Origin: Luteolibacter sp.
GTDB lineage: Bacteria; Verrucomicrobiota; Verrucomicrobiia; Verrucomicrobiales; Akkermansiaceae
Direction: 5' to 3'
NCBI GenBank assembly: GCA_051648225.1
Contig: JBOFET010000537.1
Coordinates: forward strand, 1-51,726
DNA length: 51,726 nt
Part shown: one piece after another, positions 11,063 to 21,107 of the stretch
Layout of the letters: each line of letters begins with the position of its first letter
Position numbering within the stretch: position 1 is the stretch's first letter
The notes under the pieces: model-generated
Databases searched by the model: none
What the model was told of the DNA's origin: nothing
Seen by the model: only the letters and a program-made list of their open reading frames with translations
Position numbers and translations under genes: made by a program

Positions 11063-11165
11063 GTCAGCGCCCTAGCAGGCGTATTGTGCCCATTCATCAT
11101 CGCCGCACCGTTTCGCGGCTGAAAACCGGGCGCTTGGTTATTCTATCCAATGACTCACATGACTC

Positions 11166-12410
11166 ATGAAATTCACTCGATCTATTTTTACCGGTCTCTT
11201 CGTGGCCGGAAGCCTGCTGCAAGCGCAGGAAGCTAAACTCGCTGACGAAAATTTCCTGTCCGGCCTCCGCATTGAGGCCGCGCGCCATCATCCGACGGCG
11301 ATTTCGGGAAATTACAAAGTCACCGCCGCGACCCAGGACAGGCGGTCAGTCCGTCTGTGGAATGATCCCATGGTCGGCATCGGCTTCATGGGGGCTAACA
11401 GAATGATGCGTGCCGAGGACGGCGACATCCTGCTCGGCATCGAGCAAGTCCTACCTAAACCCGGCATGCTCGACGCGCAGCGTCGCAAAGCGGAGGCCAT
11501 GGAACTCGCGGAATCTCAGAACGCGCGTCATTCATCCCTCGCCGCCGGTGCGAAAGCGTCACGATCCGCCATCGAACTCGCGCTCGCCGACGAATCACTT
11601 CGGCTCCAGCAGGCGCAAATCGACTGGCTCACCGCCATGGTGGAAAATTCCCGCCAGATGGCTGCCGATCCCATGGGTTCTAGCAGTGACGCGCTTCGCA
11701 TGGACACCGAGCTGGCAAAGGAAACCCAGCTGCTAGAGGCCGCCCGCCGCAGTCGCGAGGGTTTTGCCCAAAAGCTCAACCTGACCCTCGGGCGCCCGCT
11801 GGATTCTCCTTGGCCCGCGCTGAGACTCCCCGCCACGCCACCGCCGGTGCCCGTGGCGCGAGCTGAAATCGCCAGGATTCCGCACGCGAATCCGAGAGTC
11901 CGCGCCATGCGTGAAATGGCCGGTGCCGCCCGTGCGGAAACCCGCATGGCGGATCGGGAGCGTCTGCCAGAAATCGCCGTGGGCGTCGATTCCCAGATCC
12001 ACTCCGGTGACGGCGACATCAGAAGCACCACGGTCGGTGTGAAAATGAGTCTGCCATGGTTCAACGATTCGTCCTATCAGGCAAAGATCGATGCGGCGAA
12101 AAACCGCGAACTCTCCGCCACCCAGGACGTCGAATCCATGCGCCGGGAAATCGCCGCCATGGTCCTGAGCGCCGTCACGGAAGCCGCGAACGCCGCTGCC
12201 CAAGCCCGCGCCTACTCGGGTGAAATCCACGAAAAAGCCGCCACGGCCTCCAAATCCATCGAAGCCGCTTGGATCAGCTCCAAAGCCCCGCTGACCGACC
12301 TGCTCGATTCCGCCCGCACCCTTTTTTCCATCCGCCTCGAACAACGCCGCATGATCGCCGTGCAGCTCGCGGCACTTGAAGAACTCCAAGTCCTCGTCCC
12401 TAACCGCTGA
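11166..12410 (+). CDS. TolC/CusC-family outer membrane factor
   Basis: Signal peptide, helical OMF repeats, GVKMSLPWF; first gene of the RND operon. Confidence 0.85.
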   Translation: MKFTRSIFTGLFVAGSLLQAQEAKLADENFLSGLRIEAARHHPTAISGNYKVTAATQDRRSVRLWNDPMVGIGFMGANRMMRAEDGDILLGIEQVLPKPGMLDAQRRKAEAMELAESQNARHSSLAAGAKASRSAIELALADESLRLQQAQIDWLTAMVENSRQMAADPMGSSSDALRMDTELAKETQLLEAARRSREGFAQKLNLTLGRPLDSPWPALRLPATPPPVPVARAEIARIPHANPRVRAMREMAGAARAETRMADRERLPEIAVGVDSQIHSGDGDIRSTTVGVKMSLPWFNDSSYQAKIDAAKNRELSATQDVESMRREIAAMVLSAVTEAANAAAQARAYSGEIHEKAATASKSIEAAWISSKAPLTDLLDSARTLFSIRLEQRRMIAVQLAALEELQVLVPNR

Positions 12411-12414
12411 AACC

Positions 12415-14097
12415 ATGAAAACATTCTTCACCATTCTCATCACCGCCCTGTTCGCCGCAGGTGGCACTTGGTTCACCCTGCGAAAAATCGCACCGCCTTC
12501 CACCGCCGGGGCGTCGGAAGGCTCACGCAAACCTGCCTTCTATCAGAGCGCCATGCACCCGTGGATCAAGAGCGACAAGCCTGGCCGCTGCACCATCTGC
12601 GGCATGGAGCTCACGCCGGTTTATGAGGGGGAAAAAGGCTTCGACGAGTCCGGCGGGGACAACGTCGTCGCGCTCACCCAGAACCAGATTCAAGTGCTCC
12701 ACGTCCAGACCGCCGAGGCGAAAACCCGTCCGCTCGTGCGTACCCTCAACGTCTCCGGCACCATCGACGACAATGCCATGCGCCACCGCGTGCTGTCCGC
12801 CTACGTGGACGGGCGCATTGACAAGCTGCATGTCAACTACATCGGTGCCGAGGTCACCGAGGGCCAGCCGCTCGCGGATTTCTACAGCCCGTCGCTACTC
12901 CAAGCTGAGCGCGAATACCGCCAGCTCGGCGGTGAACTCAAGAAGAACACCGCGCTCCGGCTCCGCCAAATGGGCCTCACACCGTCCCAGATCGAAGCGC
13001 TTGATCAAAAGCCTGCGGATTCGCTCGCTTCACAAATTCTATCACCGATCAGCGGCACTGTCGTCGCCCAGTCGATCTACGAAGGTCAATACGCCACCAC
13101 CGGCCAGCAACTCTTCGAACTCGCCGATTTCTCCACCATGTGGTTCATGTTCCGCGCCTACGAACAGGATATGCCATGGATCAAAACCGGGCTCTCGGTC
13201 ACGGTCACCACCCCTTCGATTCCCCATAAGGAATTCGTCGGGAAAATCACCTTCATCGATCCTAACTTCGACGAAGCCACCCGCTCCACCAAAGTGCGCG
13301 TCGAGCTGGACAACCCACTCGTGGATGGACGCCGCGAACTGCTTCACCGCCTTTACGCCGATGGGAAAATCGAACTCGAAGCACCTGCGGTTCTCACGGT
13401 CCCACGCTCCGCCGTCATCGAAACCGGTGCCGATGCCGTGGTTTACATCGACCGGGACGGTGGTGCCTACGAACACACCGTCATCAAAATCGGCCGCCGC
13501 GGAGACGCGCTGGTTGAAGTTCTATCAGGCCTCAACGTCGGCGATGCGGTCGTCACCAACGGCAACCTGCTCATCGACGGTCAGGCAGAAATGGACCGTG
13601 CCTTCATGAGTCCTCCAGAGACGGTCCCTGTTTCCGCGCCCACGGCGCGACTCAATGACGAGCAAAAGAAATCCATCGCAGATTTCATCAACCTCGCCGA
13701 CGCCATGGCCTCCGCGCTTGCTGCGGATGACTTGGCGAAATTCAACACCGTCAGCGAACCCGCCATGAACCTAACCGGAGCAATGGTCGAACTCTTGCGA
13801 CCTGATGTGGCGAACCTCGACGACCTCGACAAAGCCCGCCACTTTCACGGCTTGGACGACATCAAATCCGCGCGTATCGCTTTCCACAAGTTCTCCGTCC
13901 CCGCCACCGCCGTGCTCGAACCGCTGCAAAGAGCCGGACAAACTCTGGAATTTCAAATCTACGAGTGTCCGATGGTGGATCAAGGCATCCCCGGAGTTCC
14001 CAAGAAGGCCCGTTGGATCCAGACCGGCAAACGCCAGATAGCAAACCCGTTCTTCGGCAGCGAGATGCTCGAATGTGGAAAGGAGATCAAACCATGA
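12415..14097 (+). CDS. cusB: CusB-like RND periplasmic adaptor with heavy-metal-binding domains
   Basis: YQSAMHP..CTICGMEL, YSPSLLQAEREY, TRSTKVRVEL, C-terminal YECPM..NPFFGSEMLECG. Confidence 0.85.
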   Translation: MKTFFTILITALFAAGGTWFTLRKIAPPSTAGASEGSRKPAFYQSAMHPWIKSDKPGRCTICGMELTPVYEGEKGFDESGGDNVVALTQNQIQVLHVQTAEAKTRPLVRTLNVSGTIDDNAMRHRVLSAYVDGRIDKLHVNYIGAEVTEGQPLADFYSPSLLQAEREYRQLGGELKKNTALRLRQMGLTPSQIEALDQKPADSLASQILSPISGTVVAQSIYEGQYATTGQQLFELADFSTMWFMFRAYEQDMPWIKTGLSVTVTTPSIPHKEFVGKITFIDPNFDEATRSTKVRVELDNPLVDGRRELLHRLYADGKIELEAPAVLTVPRSAVIETGADAVVYIDRDGGAYEHTVIKIGRRGDALVEVLSGLNVGDAVVTNGNLLIDGQAEMDRAFMSPPETVPVSAPTARLNDEQKKSIADFINLADAMASALAADDLAKFNTVSEPAMNLTGAMVELLRPDVANLDDLDKARHFHGLDDIKSARIAFHKFSVPATAVLEPLQRAGQTLEFQIYECPMVDQGIPGVPKKARWIQTGKRQIANPFFGSEMLECGKEIKP

Positions 14098-14100
14098 ATC

Positions 14101-14511
14101 TCAAGCCACCGGCAAAGACCAATCCTCAACCCGCAAGCCATGCACTCTCTTGAACTCATTTACATTGCCCGTCACCACGGTCAGATCATGAACCAACGCA
14201 ATGGCAGCGATCTGCAAATCCATGGGGCCGATCACACACCGCCTTTGTTCAAGATCGTGCCTGATGAATCCATATCGTTCAGCACATGCATCATCGAATG
14301 GGAAAGAAACCACTCTGTCCAACGCACTCTTAACACGTTCTCTTCGCCCTATCGCATCCGAGTATTTTTCAGCCCCGTGCATCAATTCGGCGCGAACAGG
14401 CGAACAAGTGGTCAGATCAGCCACACGAGTTCGGGTGAAGCGATCAATCAGCTCGGCGTTCTTCGCTTTAAGCACTTCAATCCAGATATTGCTGTCGAGC
14501 AAATAGCGCAT
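14101..14511 (-). CDS. vapC: VapC PIN-domain toxin
   Basis: YLLDSNIW, AELMHG, DLQIAAIAL, VTGNVNEF..V.GL.VEDW. Confidence 0.92.
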   Translation of the reverse strand: MRYLLDSNIWIEVLKAKNAELIDRFTRTRVADLTTCSPVRAELMHGAEKYSDAIGRRERVKSALDRVVSFPFDDACAERYGFIRHDLEQRRCVIGPMDLQIAAIALVHDLTVVTGNVNEFKRVHGLRVEDWSLPVA

Positions 14512-14750
14512 TACCAAGTCTTTGCGGGAGAAAGCGGAAGTTCTTCGGGAAGTTCAAATTCCTTGTCCGCCCAGCAGCCGATGATGTCTGCGAACTCAGG
14601 CATCCGCCGCTTCATTTCCTCCAGAGTTGGCAGTTCTTTTTCATTCTCCACCTCGGAAATTGCCTCACGGACGCGGGATTCTAGCACCCGGGCCTTCTCA
14701 GGCTCCAGTCGTTCCAAAGTGCGTTCCAGTTCGAGTGCAATCGTTGTCAC
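14511..14750 (-). CDS. Putative antitoxin (VapB position)
   Basis: Small acidic ORF whose TAA overlaps the vapC ATG (TAATG); GTG start at 14750 inferred. Confidence 0.65.
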   Translation of the reverse strand: MTTIALELERTLERLEPEKARVLESRVREAISEVENEKELPTLEEMKRRMPEFADIIGCWADKEFELPEELPLSPAKTW

Positions 14751-14804
14751 AGGCAATACGTGCCACACCCCCGTCGAAAATTCAACCACCCATTTCCAAA
14801 CGCC

Positions 14805-17800
14805 ATGATTGAAAAAGTCATCGAATGGAGCCTGAAAAACCGGTTCCTCGTCCTGTGTGGCGCACTCTTGTTAGTCGTGCTTGGCATTCGTGCGGTGCGC
14901 CTCACACCAGTGGACGCCATCCCGGATCTGACCGAAAACCAGGTGCTGGTCTATGCCGACTGGATGGGCCGCAGCCCGCAGGAAGTGGAAGACCAGGTGA
15001 CGTTTCCGCTCTCCACCGGGCTCCAGGGACTCGCCGGAGTGAAAGAAGTGCGCGCCACTTCCATGTTTGGATTCTCACTCGCCACCATCATCTTCGAGGA
15101 CAAAATCGACACCTACTTCGCCCGCGCCCGGGTGCTCGAACGGCTGAATTTCCTTCAAGGACAGATGCCCGAGGGCGTGACGCCGCAGTTAGGCCCGGAT
15201 GCCTCCGGCCTTGGCTGGGTCTATCAGTATTACCTGCACGTGGATCCCGCGAAGTCGCCGGAAGGCGGATATGACCTCGCGCAACTCCGGTCGCTGCAGG
15301 ATTGGAAAATCCGCTACGACCTTGCCAGCGTGCAGGGCGTCGCCGAGGTCGCGAGCATTGGTGGTTTTGTCAAACAGTATCAGATCGAAGTCTCTTCCAC
15401 CAAGATGCGCGCCGCTAACATCACACTGATGGAAGTGATGACCGCAGTGCAAAACGCCAACCTCAACGTCGGCGGAAAAACCGTGGAGGAAAACGGTGCG
15501 GAGTTCGTCCTTCGCGGCATCGGCCTGATCACAAGCCTGGAGGATCTCGAACTCGTCACCGTCAAGGCAGTGGATGGCACCCCGATCTATCTGAAGGACA
15601 TCGCCACCATCCAGATCGGAGGCGACTACCGCCGTGGTGCGCTTGATTTGAACGGCCGCGAAGCCGTCGGCGGCACGGTGGTCATGCGCACCGGTGAAAA
15701 TGCCAAAGCGCTCATCGAGCGGGTGAAAGTGAAAATCGACGAGATCGCCGACAGCTTGCCGCCAGGTGTGAGCATCCGTCCGTTTTACGACCGCAGCGAG
15801 TTAATCGACCGCACCATCGACACGCTCAAGCATGCGCTCGTCGAGGAAATCATCCTCGTCACGCTGGCCCACATCATTTTCCTGTGGCACTTCCGCAGCA
15901 TCCTCATCGTCACGCTGCCACTACCGATCGCGATCCTCATTTCCTTCCTGCTCATAAAGGAATTCGGCATCACCAGTAACATCATGTCGCTCACCGGACT
16001 CGCCATTTCCATCGGCGTGTTAGTGGATGCTGCTATCGTGGTGACGGAAAACGTGATCCGCCATTGCGAGACGGAGGAAAAGGAAAAGGGCCGGCCGCTC
16101 ACCGCCGTCGAGCGTTGGCACACGACGCTCAGCGCTTCCAAGCAAGTCGGTCGCCCGATCTTTTTTGCAATGGGAATCATCTTGCTGGCGTTTTTGCCCG
16201 TCTTCGCCCTCACCGGTCAGGAAGGGAAATTGTTCCATCCACTCGCTTTCACCAAGACCTTCGCGATGTTTGGGGCCACTTTGTTAGGCGTGACTCTGGT
16301 GCCTGTGCTGTGCTCGTTCCTCGTGCGCGGACCGTATCATGAGGAGGAGCGGAATATCGTGATGGGTTTCCTCATGCGCCTCTATGATCCGGCGCTTTCA
16401 TGGGCGCTGAATCATCGCAAGACGGTGGTGGGAGCGGCGGTGATCTTGTTAGCCTTCTGTCTGTTGCTCGCCTTCGGCCTGCCACGGGCGACGACCAAAC
16501 ATCTCGCCGATGCCGGATTCACCCGCACGGCAGAGTTGTTCGCGGGTTTTGGCAAGGAGTTCATGCCGCCGCTGAATGAGGGTAGTCTGCTGCACATGCC
16601 AGTGCTCATGCCGAAGACTGGTTTTAAAGAAATCCAGCGCGTGATGTCATGGCAGGACCAGATTATCGCCGCCACACCCGAAGTGGAAATTGTGGCTGGC
16701 AAGCTCGGTCGTTTCGAAACCGCCACCGATCCCGCGCCGACGGAAATGTTGGAAACCACCATCATGCTCAAGCCGGAGTATATTCCTAACGGCAAGTTCC
16801 GGATGAAACGCAATCCGGAGTGGCGTGACGGCATGACCATCGAAAAACTCAAGGCGGAGCTCACCGAGAAGATGAAGGAAGTGCCCGGCTACGTCCCCGC
16901 ATTCTTGCAGCCGATTGAAAACCGCATCCTCATGCTCTACACTGGCATCCGTGCGCAGGTCGGGGTGAAAATCTACGGTGACGATCTCGATGCCATCCAA
17001 CGCAAGGCTTTTGAAATCGAGAAACTCATCAACGAAGTGCCCGGCGCGGCTGGCGTCTCTCCGTCTCGCGTTCAGGGGAAACCCTATCTAAATATCGAGG
17101 TGGATCGCCTGGCCATGGCCCGCTACGGCCTCAGTGCGAAGGATGTGCTAGATGCGGTGGAAATTTCCATCGGTGGCAAGAATGTCAGCACCACCATCGA
17201 GGGTCGCCAGCGGTTTCCCATCCAAATCCGCGTCGAGCGCGGCGAGCGCGACGACATCGAAAAACTCAGCCGCATCCTCATCGCCGCGAAGCCTGGCATG
17301 AGTGCGGCAGCCCCGCAGGCTGGTGGCGGAATGGGTGGTGGCATGGGAGCAACCCCCGCACCTGCGGCAGCGGCGACGGTTGGCGACGCTGCTAACACTC
17401 CCTATATTCCGCTTGGCATGGTCGCCAAGATCACCCGCAGCATCGGTGCTAACGAAATCGCCTCGGAAAACGGCAAGCTGCGGAGCTATGTGCAAGCCAA
17501 CGTCCAGGACCGCGACCTCGGCGGCTTCGTCGAGGAAATCGAGAGGAAGCTCAAAACCGTCAACTGGGAAGGCATGACTTACAAGATGACCGGCGAGTAT
17601 GAGAACCAGCGTCGTTTCACCAAGACCATGTGGCTGATTTTTCCCATGGTGATGCTGGTGATCTTCGTTCTGTTATTCATGGTGTTCCGCAGTGGGATGG
17701 AAGCGGCGCACGTCATGCTGGCAGTGCCCTTCGCACTGAGTGGAGGCGTGCTGTTGCAGAAAATTCTCGGTTATAATTTCAATGGAGCCGTCTGGGTTGG

Positions 17801-18164
17801 TTACATCGCGCTCTTTGGAACAGCCGTGCAAACGGGTGTGGTGATGGTCGTCTATCTGGAAGAAAGCGTGAAGGCGAGCATGGAGAAACTCGGTGCCGCC
17901 TTTTCAAAAGCCGACCTCGTCCAGGCGGTGAGAGACGGGGCGAAGCTCCGCCTCCGCCCGAAGGTGATGACCGTGGCTACCACCGTGGCCAGCCTGCTGC
18001 CCATCATGTGGAGCAGCCGCCAGGGAGCGGAGATCATGAAGCCGCTCGCCACTCCCGTCATCGGCGGCATGATTTCGAGCCTGATCCACATTCTCATCGT
18101 CACCCCTGTGATCTTCCTCTGGCTGCACGAACGGCAACTGCGGAAATCTCCGCGAATCGATTAG
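14805..18164 (+). CDS. cusA: CusA-type Cu(I)/Ag(I) RND efflux permease
   Basis: DAIPDL, SPQEVEDQVT, GPDASGLGWVYQY; Met sites LLHMP, DPAPTEM, RILML; RLRPKVMT. Confidence 0.93.
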   Translation: MIEKVIEWSLKNRFLVLCGALLLVVLGIRAVRLTPVDAIPDLTENQVLVYADWMGRSPQEVEDQVTFPLSTGLQGLAGVKEVRATSMFGFSLATIIFEDKIDTYFARARVLERLNFLQGQMPEGVTPQLGPDASGLGWVYQYYLHVDPAKSPEGGYDLAQLRSLQDWKIRYDLASVQGVAEVASIGGFVKQYQIEVSSTKMRAANITLMEVMTAVQNANLNVGGKTVEENGAEFVLRGIGLITSLEDLELVTVKAVDGTPIYLKDIATIQIGGDYRRGALDLNGREAVGGTVVMRTGENAKALIERVKVKIDEIADSLPPGVSIRPFYDRSELIDRTIDTLKHALVEEIILVTLAHIIFLWHFRSILIVTLPLPIAILISFLLIKEFGITSNIMSLTGLAISIGVLVDAAIVVTENVIRHCETEEKEKGRPLTAVERWHTTLSASKQVGRPIFFAMGIILLAFLPVFALTGQEGKLFHPLAFTKTFAMFGATLLGVTLVPVLCSFLVRGPYHEEERNIVMGFLMRLYDPALSWALNHRKTVVGAAVILLAFCLLLAFGLPRATTKHLADAGFTRTAELFAGFGKEFMPPLNEGSLLHMPVLMPKTGFKEIQRVMSWQDQIIAATPEVEIVAGKLGRFETATDPAPTEMLETTIMLKPEYIPNGKFRMKRNPEWRDGMTIEKLKAELTEKMKEVPGYVPAFLQPIENRILMLYTGIRAQVGVKIYGDDLDAIQRKAFEIEKLINEVPGAAGVSPSRVQGKPYLNIEVDRLAMARYGLSAKDVLDAVEISIGGKNVSTTIEGRQRFPIQIRVERGERDDIEKLSRILIAAKPGMSAAAPQAGGGMGGGMGATPAPAAAATVGDAANTPYIPLGMVAKITRSIGANEIASENGKLRSYVQANVQDRDLGGFVEEIERKLKTVNWEGMTYKMTGEYENQRRFTKTMWLIFPMVMLVIFVLLFMVFRSGMEAAHVMLAVPFALSGGVLLQKILGYNFNGAVWVGYIALFGTAVQTGVVMVVYLEESVKASMEKLGAAFSKADLVQAVRDGAKLRLRPKVMTVATTVASLLPIMWSSRQGAEIMKPLATPVIGGMISSLIHILIVTPVIFLWLHERQLRKSPRID

Positions 18165-18889
18165 ACAAACAACGGTCCCATCTGCCGCCAATAGTGTCCC
18201 CGATGCGCTCTTTCTCCCCAGTAGTGGAGGCGGTGCGGGATGTTTTTTTCAGCCAAGATCCGGCAGAGATGCTCGTTGTTTTCCCGGAATGGATCCTCCT
18301 CGCCGATTACCAGCACGATGTCCATGTTCCGGAGTTTCTCCAGCGTTTCCCCACATTCGAGGCCTCCAAGAAAATGGGTGGGCATGTGGAAATAGACTGT
18401 CTCGTCATAGTGGGAGTCTAGCAGATCGCTGAAATCTTCAACCGAGTGGGTGAGATCGTATCGCCCGGAAAAAGCCACCAGCTTGGCGAAGCGGTCCGGA
18501 TGCCGGAACGCGATGTTCGCTGCATGGAATGCCCCGAGGCTGCATCCGTGCGAGATCACGCACGGATGCGGGTTTTTCGTCTCCATTAAGGGAAACACTT
18601 CTTCGAGGATATACATTTCGAACTCCAGATGCCGCTGCATCCGCCCGCTGGGATGTGCCCACCAGCAATAGAAGCTTTCGTTGTAAATCGCATCAATGCA
18701 GAACAGCTGCAACTGCCCTGCCTCGATCTTGGGCCGCAGTGCCTCGGTCATCCGCATGTCTTCATACTCGTAGAACCGCCCGTCGCGTGTCGGGAAGACC
18801 AGCACCTTGGCCCCGGCATGGCCGAAGACTAGCAGCTCCATCTCGCGGTCAAGGTGAGGACTCCACCATTTGTGATACTCGCGGTTCAT
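18161..18889 (-). CDS. Putative esterase (alpha/beta hydrolase)
   Basis: MNREYHKWWS start, FGHAG, GCSLG nucleophile elbow, C-terminal His. Confidence 0.82.
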   Translation of the reverse strand: MNREYHKWWSPHLDREMELLVFGHAGAKVLVFPTRDGRFYEYEDMRMTEALRPKIEAGQLQLFCIDAIYNESFYCWWAHPSGRMQRHLEFEMYILEEVFPLMETKNPHPCVISHGCSLGAFHAANIAFRHPDRFAKLVAFSGRYDLTHSVEDFSDLLDSHYDETVYFHMPTHFLGGLECGETLEKLRNMDIVLVIGEEDPFRENNEHLCRILAEKNIPHRLHYWGERAHRGHYWRQMGPLFV

Positions 18890-18920
18890 TGACACGGCCA
18901 TGCGCTTACGCCAGGTCGAA

Positions 18921-19880
18921 TCAGAGGGATGCAAAAAACTGGTGAACTTCCTGTAACAATCGACTCTCCTCTGCCGCCCGTTCCAGATACTCGAAATGCC
19001 CGGCCCGCAGCACGAACAATTGTTTCTCGCCGCGCACTGCACGGTAGATCGCGAATTGCCCCGGCGGAGCCACCATCGGATCGAACAAGGCGCATGCGAA
19101 ATGGGTAGGCACCGTGATCCACCGTGCGGCCACTGCCGCGTCGTAGTAGGACAGCGTTTTTTCCACCACTTGAGGATGGCGCCGGTGCATGGCCCGCACA
19201 GCAGCGCCACTGCCAGTCGTTTCCAGCGTCAATCGCAGCGGATGATTTCCAAAACTCGGCACACTGAAAGCCGCGCGGGCGATCCGCTGGTCCCAGGCCA
19301 GGGCCATCGTGCCGATGCCGCCACCGAAGCTGGCACCGACCAGGCCGATCTTTCCCGCGGCGGTGGGAAACAGATGCAACGCGGCGCTTACCGCCAGCCA
19401 CACATCGTCCACGCAGCCGCCGTGGATGTAGCGGTCCCGGTCTTGGATGTCGTGCAGCACATGCCACAGCGGATTCGCGGAAACAGGCGGGTGCGGACTC
19501 TGGCTGATGCCTCGCGCACATGGAAACAACAGTGCCGTGTTTTCAAATTGCCAGTGGAAATCCGGTCCCTCGCGTCCGCCGTAGCCATGCAGAATCACGA
19601 TGACCCGTTCGACGGTCCCGTGAGTCGGTGTCAGGCACCAGCCGCCGATCTTCACGCCGTCGGTTGACTGATAGCTCATTTCATGGACCTTCCAGCCGTG
19701 TTTTGCCCGGCCTTTTGGTGTTAGCACCGGCATGGGCTGGACAGTCATCGCCTTGCGGTAGCGGAGTTTCCAAAACGCCTCGAAATCCAGCGGTGCATCC
19801 GGAGCGCCCACCTGCGCCAAGTCTTCCGGCGAGTAGCCGTAGGATGGATCGAAAGGGTAGGGGTGCTTCAGTGGATTCAT
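18921..19880 (-). CDS. Acetylxylan esterase (CE7-like)
   Basis: PLDFEAFW, HGYGG, GASFGGG, DPMVAPPGQFA, AGH. Confidence 0.82.
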   Translation of the reverse strand: MNPLKHPYPFDPSYGYSPEDLAQVGAPDAPLDFEAFWKLRYRKAMTVQPMPVLTPKGRAKHGWKVHEMSYQSTDGVKIGGWCLTPTHGTVERVIVILHGYGGREGPDFHWQFENTALLFPCARGISQSPHPPVSANPLWHVLHDIQDRDRYIHGGCVDDVWLAVSAALHLFPTAAGKIGLVGASFGGGIGTMALAWDQRIARAAFSVPSFGNHPLRLTLETTGSGAAVRAMHRRHPQVVEKTLSYYDAAVAARWITVPTHFACALFDPMVAPPGQFAIYRAVRGEKQLFVLRAGHFEYLERAAEESRLLQEVHQFFASL

Positions 19881-19973
19881 GGAAATCCTGCCGGACTCGG
19901 CGCTTTTCGCGGAAGCTGAAGGCTTCCCGACTGCCACGCAAGCCTGCAAGAGTTCGAAGGATTCCCGAGAATG

Positions 19974-20939
19974 TTAGGGTGACCCCAGAAACTCCGCCGC
20001 GCGGGTTTCCGGCCAGTATTCGCCACCGTTTCCGAAGGTGGGAAATCCGACATGTCCGCCGGTGGCGGGGGACTCAAAGTGGAAACAGGAACTTGCCTCC
20101 GCTTCCGCGTGAGGAAAACAAGCCGGCCCGAGGAACGGATCGTTCGCCGCATTCACCAGCAAGGTCGGTAAAACGAGGTGCGGGATGAATTGGCGGGAGC
20201 TGTTCCGCGTCCAGTAGTCCTCGGCGTCGCGGAAGCCATGGATCGGCGCAGTGAAGCGGTCGTCGAACTCCTGGAACGTCCGGATGCGGTCGAGTCCGGT
20301 GAGGTCGAGCTGGTCGGGAAACATCGCTTTTTTCACCCGGATCTTCGCCCGCATGGCAACGAGGAAGCGGTCCATGTAAATTCTGTTGGAGGGAAGTGCG
20401 AGCTGCCGTGAAGAACAGGCGAGGTCGCATGGCACGGAGAAGACCACCGCCCGGTGAAGCTGCGGCGGTAGTCCGACCGGGCACTCACCGAGGTATTTCA
20501 GGGTGAGGTTCCCGCCCAGGCTGAAGCCGATGAGATCGACGGAATCAGCCGGATGGTTTTTCAACGCATGGCGGACGACGGAGTCCAGATCCTCCGTGGC
20601 TCCGCTGTGATACATGCGCAGCAGGCGGTTAGGTTCGCGACCGCAGCCGCGGAAGTTCCAAGCGAGCACGTCCCAACCACGACGGACCAGCGCTGCGGCC
20701 ATCCCGCGGATGTAGCCGGTTTTCATGTCCGCTTCCAGACCGTGCGAGAGGATGGCCAGGCGGGACGAGGTATGGCCCGACCATTCGAGATCGATGAAAT
20801 CACCGTCAGGCAGTTCCAAGCGCTCGGCGCGGGAGGCGACAGGCGCGACTCGCCGGAAGAGGGCGGGATAAATCGTCTGCACATGGCCGCCGGGCAGCCA
20901 GGTGGGCGCGATGTAAGGTGACTCGTCAATCAACGGCAT
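19974..20939 (-). CDS. YheT-like alpha/beta hydrolase
   Basis: GHVQTI, LPDGDFIDL, HGLE, GFSLGGN, NDPF, GGHVGF. Confidence 0.88.
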   Translation of the reverse strand: MPLIDESPYIAPTWLPGGHVQTIYPALFRRVAPVASRAERLELPDGDFIDLEWSGHTSSRLAILSHGLEADMKTGYIRGMAAALVRRGWDVLAWNFRGCGREPNRLLRMYHSGATEDLDSVVRHALKNHPADSVDLIGFSLGGNLTLKYLGECPVGLPPQLHRAVVFSVPCDLACSSRQLALPSNRIYMDRFLVAMRAKIRVKKAMFPDQLDLTGLDRIRTFQEFDDRFTAPIHGFRDAEDYWTRNSSRQFIPHLVLPTLLVNAANDPFLGPACFPHAEAEASSCFHFESPATGGHVGFPTFGNGGEYWPETRAAEFLGSP

Positions 20940-21107
20940 GAATTTCCTCTAGTGCCTAACGACCAAGCGACCGCTCGGCAAGGAATCCGACTCCATGCTG
21001 GCAATTTGGCCTCGTGGAAGTAATTCGAGTGACTCCATCAGAACTCTTTGCAGGGGATGAAGGTTTTTTCCTCAACCGTTCCGGATGCGTCCGACATTTC
21101 CATGGGT

